Assembly (NCBI GenBank): GCA_002633005.1
Contig: NMRA01000025.1
Span: 1,568,548-1,632,547 of the forward strand
Source of the DNA: Phoronis australis
Taxonomy: Eukaryota; Animalia; Phoronida
Direction of reading: 5' to 3'
DNA length: 64,000 nt
The notes beneath the pieces are model-generated. The model was not told where the DNA came from. It did not search any database and saw only the letters and a program-made list of their open reading frames with translations. This document shows, piece after piece, positions 1 through 13,600 of the stretch. A program made the translations under genes and the position numbers. How positions within the stretch are numbered: position 1 is the stretch's first letter; every line of letters starts with the position of its first letter.

Positions 1-667
1 TAATTTTTTTTTGTTGTGGTTGACTGCACAGGCGCTTGAGTTTATCTGTTCCTCCATCACCACTAACATCATTCATTACTAAGAAAACATATGTTTCTTA
101 TATATGGTTATTAGCCATCGAGAAATTTGAGCACTTGTGGTTAACTGGTGTTATGGGCATGCCGATGAGGAGATCGGAGGGAATGAAAAAGTCGGAGCTT
201 TTTGCAAGTTGCATTTTTGTTTCTGTTTTTGATTCTGTGCGGATTGTTTATAAAATTTACTAAAATTACCCACCATCAAACATTTATGGCCCAATGAAAC
301 AACAACGACCTGTAAATTTTTATTTTTTTGAAGTACGACCACCAGCCATTTTGAATTTAAATCAAACGCAACCACCCATAAATTTTTATTTCAGTTGCCT
401 TCCCCCCCTCCCACACAGATTTTGCTGGAACAGCCCTAAGTATTAATATTGTTAATGTCTCAGCATTTTGGCTGTGTATTTTGCATGTTTGCTGCACGGC
501 ACATCGTTGGTGTGTCAGAAAAAATGAAAAAATGTCAACAGTTTTAAAGATCAGATAAGTCTCAAATCATCAAATAAAAGCTAGTGTTTTAGTTCTTTTT
601 TATCCCACTTTATTCAGTTAATTCTGATTAGCGGAAAACATTTTTGCCGGTTTTTGTTTTCTCCAAG

Positions 668-3600
668 ATACCGTGCGGTCGCTTATTCCACGCCACAGCC
701 ATGGTGGGTGAAGTGATGTATATATTTGGTGGTACAGTGGACAACAATGTACGCAGCGGCGAAATCTACAAGTTTCAGGTATGTCTCTTACTTGCTACGG
801 AATCATGGTAAAACTGGAGCTAAAGATTCTGCGATGATCAAACTTAGTTGCTATGGATTTGCAATTTAAAGCTTTTTCTGAAGCACAAAGTAATAAACGG
901 CAATTTATAGGATTATTAGCGTGGCCTTCAACTGTTTGGGTAAGTGCGTCTTGAACTGATCATCAAATGTGTGCTCAGTTAAACTATTAGGGTAATATTA
1001 TTTTCTTCCTTTTGCTTTTCAATCTGTGTGGTTCCTCACCCCTTCTGCTACCAGTAATACATTGATTGTACTTAAGATAGTATTTACATCTTGCTATATA
1101 TATTTGATGTAATTCATATTGAAATTGTTGTGCTAAGCCTGTTGGGATTTTTTAACCAATGGGTGTTCATTGTTGTGCTTAAAAAGATTCTGCAATATGT
1201 GGTATTGTTTAATAATTGATTGATACATTTTAGTTTTCCAGTTACCCCAAGTGTAGCTTGCACGACGATTTTGGAAGGTTGCTTGAAAGTCAACTGTTCT
1301 GTGATATTGATTTTATTGTGGGTCCAGTAAGTTTTATTCTGGTTCTATATGACAAGGTCATAATTGTAAAGGCTTTCTTTCTTGTAAGAGACCTCTGGTC
1401 GACATTACAAATGTATAGTCCATAGAGGAGTACGGAATATCAAAAGGCAAAATTAATCTGTTTCAAAGAACTTATGCCGATGATTGTCAATAATATTTAT
1501 CAATTTCAAGTATTTATTTCGTCCACCTTTATTGTATACAGGTAAAAGCTGTAGATGTAAACCAGAATATGAATGATTACAGTTGCAAAGGAAGTGTATT
1601 TCTGATTTCACCTTTCCACCATTCTATCTCAATCAATACCACGAAACTTTCAATAAACTGTAAGTACAAGTGTATGACAGGAGTATGAGAAAGCTAGTAT
1701 CCACAGAAGCCAATGCCTAAAAGAAAATATGCTGCAAATATTAAATATACATATACATACACGTACATACATATATATACATATATTAACTTATATACAT
1801 AATACATACTATTAACTTATATATATAATACATACTGGTAATACATATATACATAATACCTATATACATAATACATATATACATAATACCTAATACATAT
1901 ATACATAATACCTGTATACATAATACATATATACGTAATACATATATACATATATTATATTCCTTTTTTATAAATTTGTGAAATACTTTTATCTTTCTTC
2001 TCTCCCTTTATTCCTCCCTTCATCCCTCGTACTTTCTATCCCTCGTTCTCTCCCTCTGTCCCTCGTTCTCTCCCTCTGTCCCTCGTTCTCTCCCTCTGTC
2101 CCTCATTTTCTCTACCCCCATACCTCCCCTCCATCCCACCCTTGTGTTTGACCAGGAGTATTGTGCAGTACATCAAGGGCACCAGTCAACGCCACTGTGT
2201 TGTTTGTAAATTGTTTGCTACGTACAGAGATTAAAAGTTTGTGAATACCTTGAACAATGATAATCTCCACTATTTAATTTCTGTATTTGAGCTTAAATTA
2301 ACAATAATTTTTCAGACTAACACCATCATCCCAGCCCATATAGCTCTTGTGGCAGCTAGGTCAAAGTGGTTACATAACAGGATAAAGGTTGCCATGAACA
2401 AGGTGGGTGTCATCATTGTATTGTTTTCACTGTATTAAGTTGAATGTCCTTTTAAAGATTTTAAGAAATACCAAAATGTTTAGCTACAATTTTCACCAGA
2501 AATTCATAGGTCTCTGAGCTAATTTTTTTTTTCGTATTCTGAAAGTTTATCAGAGATCCATGGCTTAATAGTATTTATCTTACTATTATTAAAAGTGACC
2601 ATTCAACTTAAATTTTGTGACAGATTTGAATTTGCCTGTTCATATTCATTTGGTTCATAAACCAACAATACACAAACTATGAAAAAAAATATTTTTAGTC
2701 AGAATGGTTGCACTACTCAGTTCTTATAACACTACCTTAAAAATCAGCAGAAGTTTCCGAAGGCCTCGGTATTGGCTCTGCCTTCTTCCTCAGTCTAGGT
2801 GGTGCTGAAGTCAAAGAAGGCAGAGACAAAAACCAAGGCCTTCTAAAACTACTACCGATTTTTAAAGATGTACTCGCATACTCCTAACTATATGTGTAGC
2901 AGAAAATAAACGACAATGCTACTTGAACATCATCTATGCTAAACAAAGTGCAGTTGTATTCATTGCAAATGTGAAAACAAAGTGCAGCCGTATTCATTGT
3001 AAATGTGAAAACAAAAAATTATGCCAATAGGTGACCTTTGCCCTGTTGACGTACCTTAGGGGCTCACGTAACCTGCGTCATGCAGTGTTATTCCCCAACA
3101 CCACGGCAGATCATTTTCTACACAAAACTCATTCTTAAAAACATTTGGCAATTTTCAACCTACTTCATATTCACATCGTCGCTTTATGTTGTGTTTCTGA
3201 ATAATTTGACCAAGCAATCACAGAGATAAGGAATTAGCATGCAAGTTCCTCTTTAAGGTAAACGGGTTCTTAGATGTGTTATAAGAAATGAGTCGTCTAA
3301 TCATGCAGACATCCAGATAAGACTTTTTAGTGGTATTAGTCAGAATGGCATTTCTTGCACCAATATCCTTGTGTCTTGCAGTCATCTGTGAGTTTGGGAC
3401 AACTGAAAGGCGGTAACAAGTTAAGCGTTCAATTGCCTGATGGTGATCCAACGGCGTTTGAAATGATCCTGTCCTATATCTACACTGATAGGATACAACC
3501 TACAAAGAAAGGTGAGATTTAACTGTGTGGAGTGTTTGTGGTCATGGACAGACGTCTAAATATTAATCAAAAGAAAGTTGATTATTTTGAATGTGTAAAA

Positions 3601-6600
3601 GGTTAGTTCACTCTCAGTGTTGCACAGAATTCTTGGGCCTGTTCCAAGAAAACTGATTTAGCTAAATAAGACAAATCTTAAAGTTCATTCAATTTTAAAA
3701 TAAAACTTCAATTTGTTTCAAGACTGTTTCAAGAAAGAGATCTTAAGCTTGACCTAAGTTTTTTACTTAAGTTTTGTCTTAATTTTGATTACCTTACCGG
3801 GTGTGGAAGTTTCAAAGTTTGGAAGTTAAGACAAATCTTAAACTGAAGTAAAAAATGAACTTAGGTCAGTTTCTTGGAATGGTCCCCTTGTCTTTCTACT
3901 TGATCGTCCTGTTGAAGTTTACTGAAAAAAAATTGTGAAATGTGAAAAGTCTTATTTACACTCCTGGTTCAAGTCGAAAGTAATAATTGAAAATAGACAA
4001 TAAATGCTCAATTGTTAATAATCGGGCCGGCGTTATATTTACACTACATACATTCCAGTAACGCATACATCGCAAGCCACTAATCACTATTTTTTGCATT
4101 TCTGTTGTGTTTTGTTTCCATTGATGATGTGTTAAAACTTAATTTTTGGGTCACTTTGGCAGTAATTGATGTGATATTTATATATTCATACATCAAGACA
4201 TTTTGTTTTAACTCAAAACGTCATCAGTGAATTCAAAACATAACTGTTTCAGGCAAAAACTGCAAACAACCTATTTCTAAACTGTTCTCCTTTCTGGTGT
4301 TTTGTTTCTATGATTACGTTTTGAGTTGAAAAGTACCGTTTGGATGTGTCTGTATATTGTTAATATAATGTCAGTTATTGCTAAAGTGATGGTTATCTAT
4401 TTTCTGTCTAATTATGCATCAAGGACTGCGCAGTGGTTTTGAACGACTTTGTTTTCTCAGGTCTCCAGCCTGGAAGCAATGAAGTAATCTTGTTAATGAT
4501 GGAAGTGTATAGGCTGGCTATTCAGGTAAACTGCTTAGTTATCTAGCAAATGTTAATAAATGTAACTATTGTAATTAATCAAACTTGATTAAAATTACGT
4601 CAGAATTTTTGTTTGATCATCTGATGAATGAGTTTTTCTCGCAAGTCAATGGTTAGAGAATTCGACTATTGTGGAATTTTATTTGTTACTATGCAGGAAA
4701 ACATTCATTTTGCAGATTTGATTCGTTAGCCATTCCAAATGCCTGTGGGTGTTAAAATTCATCTTTCTCATAATTCGGAGAAAGATTTTGTACATTAAAG
4801 CTGCTATAAGCTCATCTCCCGTCACAAATGCCAATTTTTGATTTAGACCACTTACCGTTTTGAAATTGGTCTCAAACTGTTCCTTTGTAAAAGTGGAGGT
4901 GATTTTGGGGTTTCAAAAAACCGATTTAATTCACTATCGAATAGACTCTATAATTTGCTTGTCAGGGCGTGTCATTTCATGCACTCAGCACGTGGTCTCA
5001 AGGAGTAACGAACTGTTGGTGCTTTGTACACCTGAGAATCATCAGAATAAGGAATGAGTTGTTACCAATTTGAAAGCAGTACGTGATCTATTTTAAGTCA
5101 AGTTTTCTTCTTGGACGGAACTTTGTTTTATAGGTACATTAAGTTACTCTCTCAGTTGCCTCGCAAGTTGCTGTTTCTCATGAAAAAGGGAATCGAGGAA
5201 GGTCACTTGGTTTTTTGAAGACTGAGAAATGCTACATAGATGCTGATGTATGGGCACTTGTCATGTAGATTATTGCATGTGTGAGCTTCCTCTTTACAGT
5301 TCGAGATGCAGCGTCTTGAGCAGTTGTGTGTCCAGTACCTAGAGGCGAGTATAGAGTTGAAGAATGTGCTAGTTGCTCTGGAGAGTACTGCCAGGATGAA
5401 ACTGGATTATCTCAAGGTGAGAAAGAGAGCAAGTGTGAAAAGTGAGGTTTTGGGTGTGGCGAGGCTTCGGCAGGCAAAAGTAGACTTCTTTAAGCACACA
5501 AGTTCAGTAACTTGTTTGAAACATTGTTTTGTGCAGTTTGAAAATCTGATCTCTAATGTGCAGCAAAAAGTGACGCAAAACAATGGGATTGTGCCGGGCG
5601 AATTGGCTTAGACATCTGATTGGTTCTTGATGATGGCTTCCAGCTTTTAAACCAGTCAGATGTCTGAGTCGTTTGACCCGACAAAGTGAATTAAGTTCTG
5701 CCAGTGTTTTCACCTCATTGTAAGCGCCAGTCTTTTTGAAACTGACCATGCTTGCAATATAAACGTGATAAAATTTGTCACATATATCAAATAGTGTGCT
5801 AAGTATCTGATTGTCAGTTTGATTATCTTGTATTTGCTATTTCCCTATCTTGGTATTTTGATTGGCTTGCTCTTTTTTCTTTTTAATTTTTAGCTTGGGG
5901 TTCTGGCTAATTCTGTTCAAGCAATGTGTTTCCAAAAGCGGCAACAACCGTTTGTATGAAATTAAATTTATTCAAAATCCTTTTGTATCTTGCTGCATGC
6001 TCAGCCTTTTTTTAGAAATAGCATTTTTGTGGTATAGAGTTACATGTAACCTTAAAGGAGTATTGATTATTTGACATTTAGGAGTTTTGCATGAGGTTCA
6101 TCATTAAGGAGTGTAACTTCAACCACATTGTTTTGAGTAAAGAGTTTGAAACCCTGGACCAGCCTTTAATGGTAGAGATTATCCGCAACCGTCAACAGCC
6201 ACCCATCCGATTACTGCCAGAGCAACAACCCAGTGATATTCCAGGCAAGTGTCACTTATACATGGCCTGTCGTTTACAATTTTTCTAGTGCATTATAAAC
6301 TTAGTAATGTATGTGACTGTTGCATTGGTGTTGTACATTTTGAGAGGTGTGTGTGTATTACATAATTGTGGGCACGTGTAACTGCCACTACCCTGTGTAC
6401 TGCAGCGCCCTCTCTGATGGTACAATATTTGCCCACCTGTGCATCTGTGCTGTTGGGTGACCTTTGTACACTGCGCATTAATATTAGTTTGCCATTTGTT
6501 ATTCCGGCACCAATTAACTTTTACCGTTGCATGGTGAGTTGCAAAATATTTAAAAAGCTGAGTGAGGTGCAATGATTTGTTCTTCGCTAGTCCCATTCTG

Positions 6601-8955
6601 ATCACAAGTGTTTTTGCGGCCTACATTTCGAAAATTAAGTCTATCACACAATGTGTTGTTCTACATGCAAACAAGGAAGGAGAGTTGAATCTGGCATGCA
6701 GGAATTTACTCAGTACCAAAACTTGTTTGTAATTGTACCAAGTCATAATCCTAATATAATTTTAATGTTGACAGATCCACGCCAGACCTATGTAACAAGC
6801 TATCCTCAGCCTTCCAATATTGCAATTTAATGATTAAGCAACAACACTGTTGAACATTTTGAGCTTTAAATTAAAAAAATTGTTATGAGTTGCCACTGCA
6901 TCTTCATTTTTACAAAGATTTCCAAACCCGTGTGACTTTTATGGTTTTTCTGTTTTCAGACAACACCCTGGAGAAAGACTTGGAGCATTTCCTAAAGGTC
7001 GGAGGTCGTGAGTTCTGTGACATCAATCTCCAGCTGGACGGCGAGTGTCTTCCCGCTCATAAAGCCATACTGGCTGCAAGGTGTAGCTACTTCGAAGGCC
7101 TTATTCGGTCGTTTATGCCTCAGGACAACACTGTAACAGTACGTTTGATGTGTCTATAGTGACATGGTAGAGTAGAGATCCTTTCAAACAAATTTCAAAT
7201 CCTGATCTATGTAAATTGAAATAAAGGTCAGACTTTCGTTTCAAGAATAGTGGTTATAAAAACATGGCTAAAGGTTGGAGGTAATTTGAGTTTTGTGTTC
7301 TGGTTTTATTTTTACGTAAAGGGGGGTTTGCTGTTTCGTTAGCAGCACCTAGTGACCTTTTAGCTTCTCATTGTAACTGCCGTGTCCTGCAAACAAGCAC
7401 TAACATCTACTGTGCTTGAAAATATTGAGCACTGGGATTGATGAAACTATTCCGTTTCTAACCAGGAAATGTTCGATGACCAACGCAATACATTAACTTT
7501 GCTCTAATCTTACACAGATTGCTATTGGTCAGATGGTCCCGTCTCGACAAGCCTTTGACAGCCTGCTGCGCTACATCTACTACGCCGACATAATAATGCC
7601 TCCCGAGGACTCCCTCTATCTGTTCCCTGCACCGCACTTTTATGGCTTCTCTAACAACAGACTTCAGGTAATGCATCGATTGTTGACATAGGGTTCAAGT
7701 ACACAACTACGTAGTACAGAATTTTGATTTTATAGTTCATCTAGCATTTTTTGATGTACTTAACTAAGATTATTTTCAGCTTGGTGTGCTACTTTAGTCA
7801 TGTTAATTTGTTTTCCCAGTCTTGCAATGGGAGAGAGTGTAAAGTTAGCTAATGTGGCTGCATGGGTGTTCCATGTTGTTGAGTATTGAAAACATGTTTT
7901 GTTTTTATTGCTAAATTAAGTAACAGAATTTACAGAATCAGGTACCTCTGATAGTTTTATATATATATACTTTCATAACAACTGTTTCATTTGTTTGTAG
8001 GCTTACTGTAAACATAATCTTGAAAAGAATGTATCCTCACAGAATGTAATACAGGTAAATGTTGATTTTTTTGAAAACGCAACAGCAACTAATGTGTCTC
8101 GTGTTTTCGTTGCTCAATGTTGTTGTTGCTGTTGTCAGGACAAGGGTCAACCGGTGCTGTTGTCAGGTCAAGGGTCAACCGGTGCAATGTTGGAAATGTT
8201 GTGTTTGAAACGAGTTGCCAATCTTCATTCTTCATTTTTGTTCCACTTCATGCTACAAATACATTTTTACAAAATGGCAGTCGTCATGCTGACATTGTGA
8301 AATACAACCTTTTAGCGTTATTCGTGCGAACTGCAGGCAAGATGTGCTGTATGAGTAGATGCTCGTGAATTTCTGCTGCAGAAATTGAAAAAATATTTGT
8401 AAATGAAAGTAGTGGTGCATTTTGGAAGCAAACGTTTCTAGGAGTCACCCATCGTCTCTTGATGTGGATAAAGTTACTATTAAGTGTGGAGTATAAATAA
8501 AGAAAAGGATGATATTCTATTACATAAGCTGCCATGATGTTTTTTCTGTCGTACTTCATTTTGTTGCGAGACATCATTGACAAAGGGCTGAGTTGGCATT
8601 GTGCTGTGTTGTGTTGCTACTTATGCATGTAAAATGTATCTTTCATAAGTTTTTATCAGTCTCTCCATTTTACTGTCAGGTTGCGCCGTTAATATTTTAT
8701 GTTCTTGAGTACTAATATTTTCACATTTATTTTCAGATCTTAGAAGCTGCTGACAGCATCCAAGCAGTGGATATGAAAAAGCATGCGTTAAACATCATTG
8801 TGAATAACTTCTCAAAAGTTGCTAAACTGCCACAGTTTAAAAGACTGAGCCGAGAACTCCTGCTGGAAATAACTGATGTTCTGGCAGACGAGCTCTCTGA
8901 GCACGGCCTGTGCCATGATATGTCGAATACTAGCATTCAGGACGTGGCAGCATGA
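668..8955 (+). CDS. LZTR1: Leucine-zipper-like transcriptional regulator 1 (Kelch-BTB-BACK CUL3 adaptor), 5'-partial; 11 coding exons
   Basis: Exons 668-778, 1234-1326, 2316-2402, 3382-3511, 4461-4525, 5300-5416, 6082-6244, 6960-7138, 7518-7667, 8001-8054 and 8737-8955 (TGA) join in frame. Peptides include [36 protein letters not shown] (last Kelch), [24 protein letters not shown] (BTB1), [15 protein letters not shown] and [22 protein letters not shown] (BTB2/BACK), matching LZTR1 as I recall it. N-terminal exons lie upstream of the window. Confidence 0.96.
1742..1955. repeat. (TA/TACA)n-rich low-complexity microsatellite
   Basis: Repeated atacatatatacata(atacct) units in an LZTR1 intron. 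Confidence 0.85.
2020..2112. repeat. Pyrimidine-rich 20-bp minisatellite
   Basis: Tandem ccctcgttctctccctctgt, about 4 copies. Confidence 0.85.
2735..2868. mobile_element. Short palindromic MITE/foldback
   Basis: Left arm cttaaaaatcagcagaagtttccgaaggcctcggtattggctctgccttctt is the imperfect reverse complement of right arm aagaaggcagagacaaaaaccaaggccttctaaaactactaccgatttttaaag. Confidence 0.65.
3635..3886. mobile_element. MITE, PIF/Harbinger-like
   Basis: TIRs gggcctgttccaagaaaactgattta / ttaggtcagtttcttggaatggtccc with a 3-bp direct repeat ctt on both sides. A related terminus is at ~12563 (gggaaccgttacaagaaactgacttaag). Confidence 0.7.
4150..4390. repeat. Degenerate inverted repeat (~90-bp arms)
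   Basis: tcactttggcagtaattga...aactcaaaacgtcatca pairs with tgattacgttttgagtt...tcagttattgctaaagtga. Confidence 0.6.
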
Positions 8956-10601
8956 GGTTGTAATGCACTGATAATGTGAAATGATTCTGCTGAAAAGTGG
9001 GGGTGGTGTTTGTGAAAACATATTGTCTTTACTGTGACATTGTGATATTAAGACTCATTAACCTGAAAGTTGATGGTGCTAACATTTGATTTTATTTGTG
9101 CAATGGTTGAAACTCAGCCTTGAATATGTCAAGTCAACTTCCCTTTATTTTATGTAGTCGTGTTACTTTTAAGGTGTTTGGTAGACGATGATACAGAATC
9201 TTGTCTTGATAACAGTTCTGTTTTATAATTCACTATGGCAGTTTGGTTGTAATACCACTAATACCTGTAATTCACCATGGCAGTTCGGGTGTAGTGTGGT
9301 GCAGTTGCTTTTGCGGCTATTGGAACGCGATGAGCAGCAGCAACATACCTGCCTTGCTTTAACACCTAACTACTATAGAGGCGTTGCACAGTACCCATCA
9401 CTATTAGTGTAAAAATTCTCTAACATCCTGAGCTTGTCTATTCTCTGAGCCACAAGGGGGTAATAAAACAACTATCCTTTCTCAGCCAGGACTAAAATCC
9501 TTTTGTAAAGCTGTGTTTGTTTGGGCTGGCCAACTAGGACAGTTGTATGACTAATAGCAGGGCTCACAAAGAACTGCTTTCACTGTCCGTGCATGTCAAT
9601 TTCAAAAGGTCTGTAGTGTTTGTAGCACACCCATGATTTATAACCGTCAGCAAAATTCTAAGCCAATATGCCAACCAAATTCTAGAAACAGTCAATATTG
9701 GTCATCCTAATTCAAGGATCACTGCAGGTGGTAAAATTACACACCGAGAAAACACTATTCAAAATTTGAGAATTGTTGTGGATGCCAAAATCAGCCTCGT
9801 CCCAAATTACAGAATGAAGAAAAAAAATTTTGCTGGAGTTTCTGTAACCCAAATTCTAGAGACTGTCTAATATTGGACAATTTTTACCGTAACCAAGAGA
9901 CTTGCCATTTAGTCACAAGATGTGTTAAATGTATAATGTACTGTGTATTTGTTTATTTTATTTATTATTTCTGCTGTTGTGTTCAGTGTAAAAAGCTGTT
10001 TAACAGTGTATAACCTTCAGTGATATTAATTATACACAGTGACATTTGTTTTGATGTTTTATACAGCAGTTTTCTCTTAGAAATTGAGAAATAATTATCT
10101 TATTAAAAAACCAATAACTCAAAAACTTTAATAAGAGCAAAATTTAGTGGTTTAGTTTCTAATTTACAATTAAGTATCTTCACAATTGTTAATAAAATTT
10201 CAATTAACCTAGTCGAATTCAGGGTTAAGTCATCAACTGTTTGAAAACTAGTGTCCTGACAGTAATAAATGCAATGTATTGTTCTAAAATTGTGTATTAA
10301 TAAAACAGAATTTCATACAAATATTGAGTATGAATGTTAACATATTCACATTGAGTCACTTTGTACAACATGTAGTGAAGTAGCTTCATTTACCAGGGCC
10401 AAAGGGGTAGTCTCCATACATGGAAATGCAATGGTGTACACAAGATAATCTAGTTGGTCAACTAAATTTGCAGTACAGTGTTTGAATCCTCCGTATGCTT
10501 TAGACAAAATGAATGCCACATTGCCGATCCAGTGACCATGAGGCATCACAGGACCAATGCGTGAGTGCACACCAGTCGAAAATGTTGCATTGTTGAGCTG
10601 T

Positions 10602-13600
10602 TCAGAAGTGTGCTGTGGTCCTGTCAATTTCTATGAGATCGTCCATCAACTGAAAATAGAGTGAAAACGACTGTGGACTGTAGTCACCACAAATATACCA
10701 GCAACTTAGCAAACTGTTGCCATTCTGTTAGTAGTCACACCCGATTCACCTGGGTCAACTTGCTGGGCTAAAGATCCGAAAGTCCTTATCGGGGAACTAA
10801 TCAAATGTTCAGGCATATTGACATGACCGACCTGGTATTGGCCCGTAGACTGAATCAAATGCAACATAAGATGCTAAAAGAGTTCAAAAATGCATTTTAC
10901 AGGGGTGTATTTTTTCAGGAGAAATCTGGTGTAAGTTGTATCATGAAAAATGCTCCACATAAAAATGTGCACTTGTCATCAAACACAACCTCTTCAAGTA
11001 CCGCAAAATTCTTGGCCATGCTGACAACAAGCAAATGCACACCCGAAAATTCGGTCTAAACATAAATATTTACTCCAGTGATGTCCTGACTGTCACTAAC
11101 CTGTTCATCTGAGGTTCCAATTCTCTTGGCCATCTCCGTTCTCTCTGTGTACGTCAGATTCAAGTACTTCCATATAAGATCGCCATCCAAAATGTTCTTG
11201 TTTGGATTTGACAAGCTCTTGAATTGAGACTGTACCGACCTAGGTGGAACCAGATGCGATTCTATTATGGCCAACAGATGGCGTGCAGACACGACTTAAA
11301 TTTTTGCATTGTAATTCTAGGTTTAATAATAATTTACTAACTACTTAAGTGAGACATTTGTTTTTATTAAAATTATATCAGAATGGACTTTCATCAAAGC
11401 CTTGTGTGAAAACAAAGAGGGGGTTGGCTGATTTCAGGTTTCAAGACCAAGAAGGGCTTTGAAGTTTGTTTACCTACCCCTGAAGTCCAACCAGTTGGTA
11501 AAAATAATTGAGGAAATTTATAGCAGTTGCCATAGACCATGGTTGCAGCAGAAAACGTACGATAAGCAAGTTTTCCACCAAAATTATGAAAGGTATGTAA
11601 AATTAGTGTGCTCAGCCACAGGTTTACAAAAACACTAACAAAACTTTTGAACAATGGCAACAGACCCCAATACCAACACGTCGGAAAACATCAATGTCTG
11701 AAAAACGGTCAAATCAGGTATGGCTGCCTAAACTTACCTGTACGCCTTAGGGTTGAGTCCAGCATGGTGCGAGATCTGGGTGGTCAGTACGTTCTGAAGC
11801 ATCAGCAACCGTCTATAGGTCTTCTCAGGGATTGGTAGGAGATACTCTATACTGCCGTCTAGAGAGGCTAAAAATGCACAATAAAACCTCATGACTATCC
11901 ATCGAACATTTTGTTGCAAGTCTGTGTTCGAACGTAAGTTTCAATTTTGAAAGAATTGTTATGATAAGTTTTGAGACTTGTACCAAAAGCAGGACATTTA
12001 AAGCTATTAAAGGATTTAAAAGAATGTTGACAATGGAGTTGAACATATATGTTGTTGTTTTGCAGTCTGCAAGCACAACTGTCAACACAACAGGCTCTTT
12101 GCCTCTCAGCATGTGCTGCATTCAAATCGTGTAATGTCACGTCTATCGACAACTTTTGACAACGTGCCAAGTGGTACCTTCGAAAAACTGCATTCTTGCC
12201 CTTTCTTGTGCCACAAAGGCATTTTGAATATCTCTCGCCACATGCATCCATAGGACAAATTGCTCAAATGCTCATACTTTTACACATATTTACCAAAATA
12301 AGTCACATGCTTTTTCTCAGTCAGAGTTGTGGCCTTTTTTTCTGTCGAGGGGTCTGAAAGTTTACAGCGAACACGGAACAATGTGTTGACATGGTGACCT
12401 ATGTTGTAGTCGGCGCGGCGCACCAAACGACAACCACCGTGACTCTCGCGAGCTGAAAATAAGATGGATAGGCCAATAACTGATTATCATTTGATTTGCG
12501 ATATGTCAGACATGATCACTTCAAAGAACAAGTAACTTCTAACGCCCCAGCACTCAAACGCAGGGAACCGTTACAAGAAACTGACTTAAGTTCATTCAAA
12601 AAATCAGATGAAAGTTAAAAATGTAGACTAATTAAAATTGTCAGCGTTTCAAGGATACAGATTGGTGAAGATCAAGGCAGAAAATACCGGAAAGTGATGG
12701 AGATAGTCAATAACACAAGATCCAACCAATAAGATGCATCCTAAGTACCAGTGTACGAAATTTCCCATTTGTGATTGGTCAGTTGCAGTTATTTTGTGAA
12801 AGACTGACCAATGAAAAATACTCTTACTTGGTTTTACATTGTGGGATATCATACACTTTGGAAATCATGTTAAGATGTCAACACAGGAAAGTTCAGAGAC
12901 GAGTATACCAAGATAGATTACACCGAGAACCTTGGCGCCTACGACATCGTTACAGATCAGGAATCATGAGATATCGAGATTTGTGGGGCATTTATCGTGT
13001 AGGAAGAGATCAACCATTCTGACAGAAAAAACCCGAAAAACAGTCATGTGACAAGCTGAGTTTTTATATAGAGTTGCTTTTTTACTTAAACACCATTTGA
13101 AATTGAAAATTTTTTTTGTGTGTATCGATCCATCTCGCGATTGAAATTTAAATTTTGTGAAAATGTTAGAAAACAAACAAGTTTTCACATGCAAAATACA
13201 GATTTTTAACATGAGGGTTCCAGATTATGATATTAGTGGGTTGGCAGTCCTGTATACATATGCAGACTATTTACAATAAATAATTGTAAAACTTTGTCTT
13301 TGTTACCTTCTGGTTGATACATGAACAGAATGAGGTTCTTCAGGCTGTCAGTTGCTGAAACAAGCGAGCAACACTTGAGCATATAGATGACAGTGATGGC
13401 TTCTTAAAGCAGTCTAACAAAACAAATACTACACTTTGCAAACTAATGATCCATGCAGTCATGAAATCGTTGAACAGTCCATAATCAAAATGAATGGATC
13501 GATACACCTTTATACAAGAAAATTTACCAATAGACCACTTCATGTTAGCTTCATTACATTTTATTAGCACTATTGAAAACTAGGTCTGAGAATCAAGCTG

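Noticed and set aside
3231-3257. Possible 27-nt LZTR1 micro-exon (ELACKFLFK) before aag|gtaaac
   Set aside because: It has no polypyrimidine tract, is not needed to keep frame, and has no homology support.
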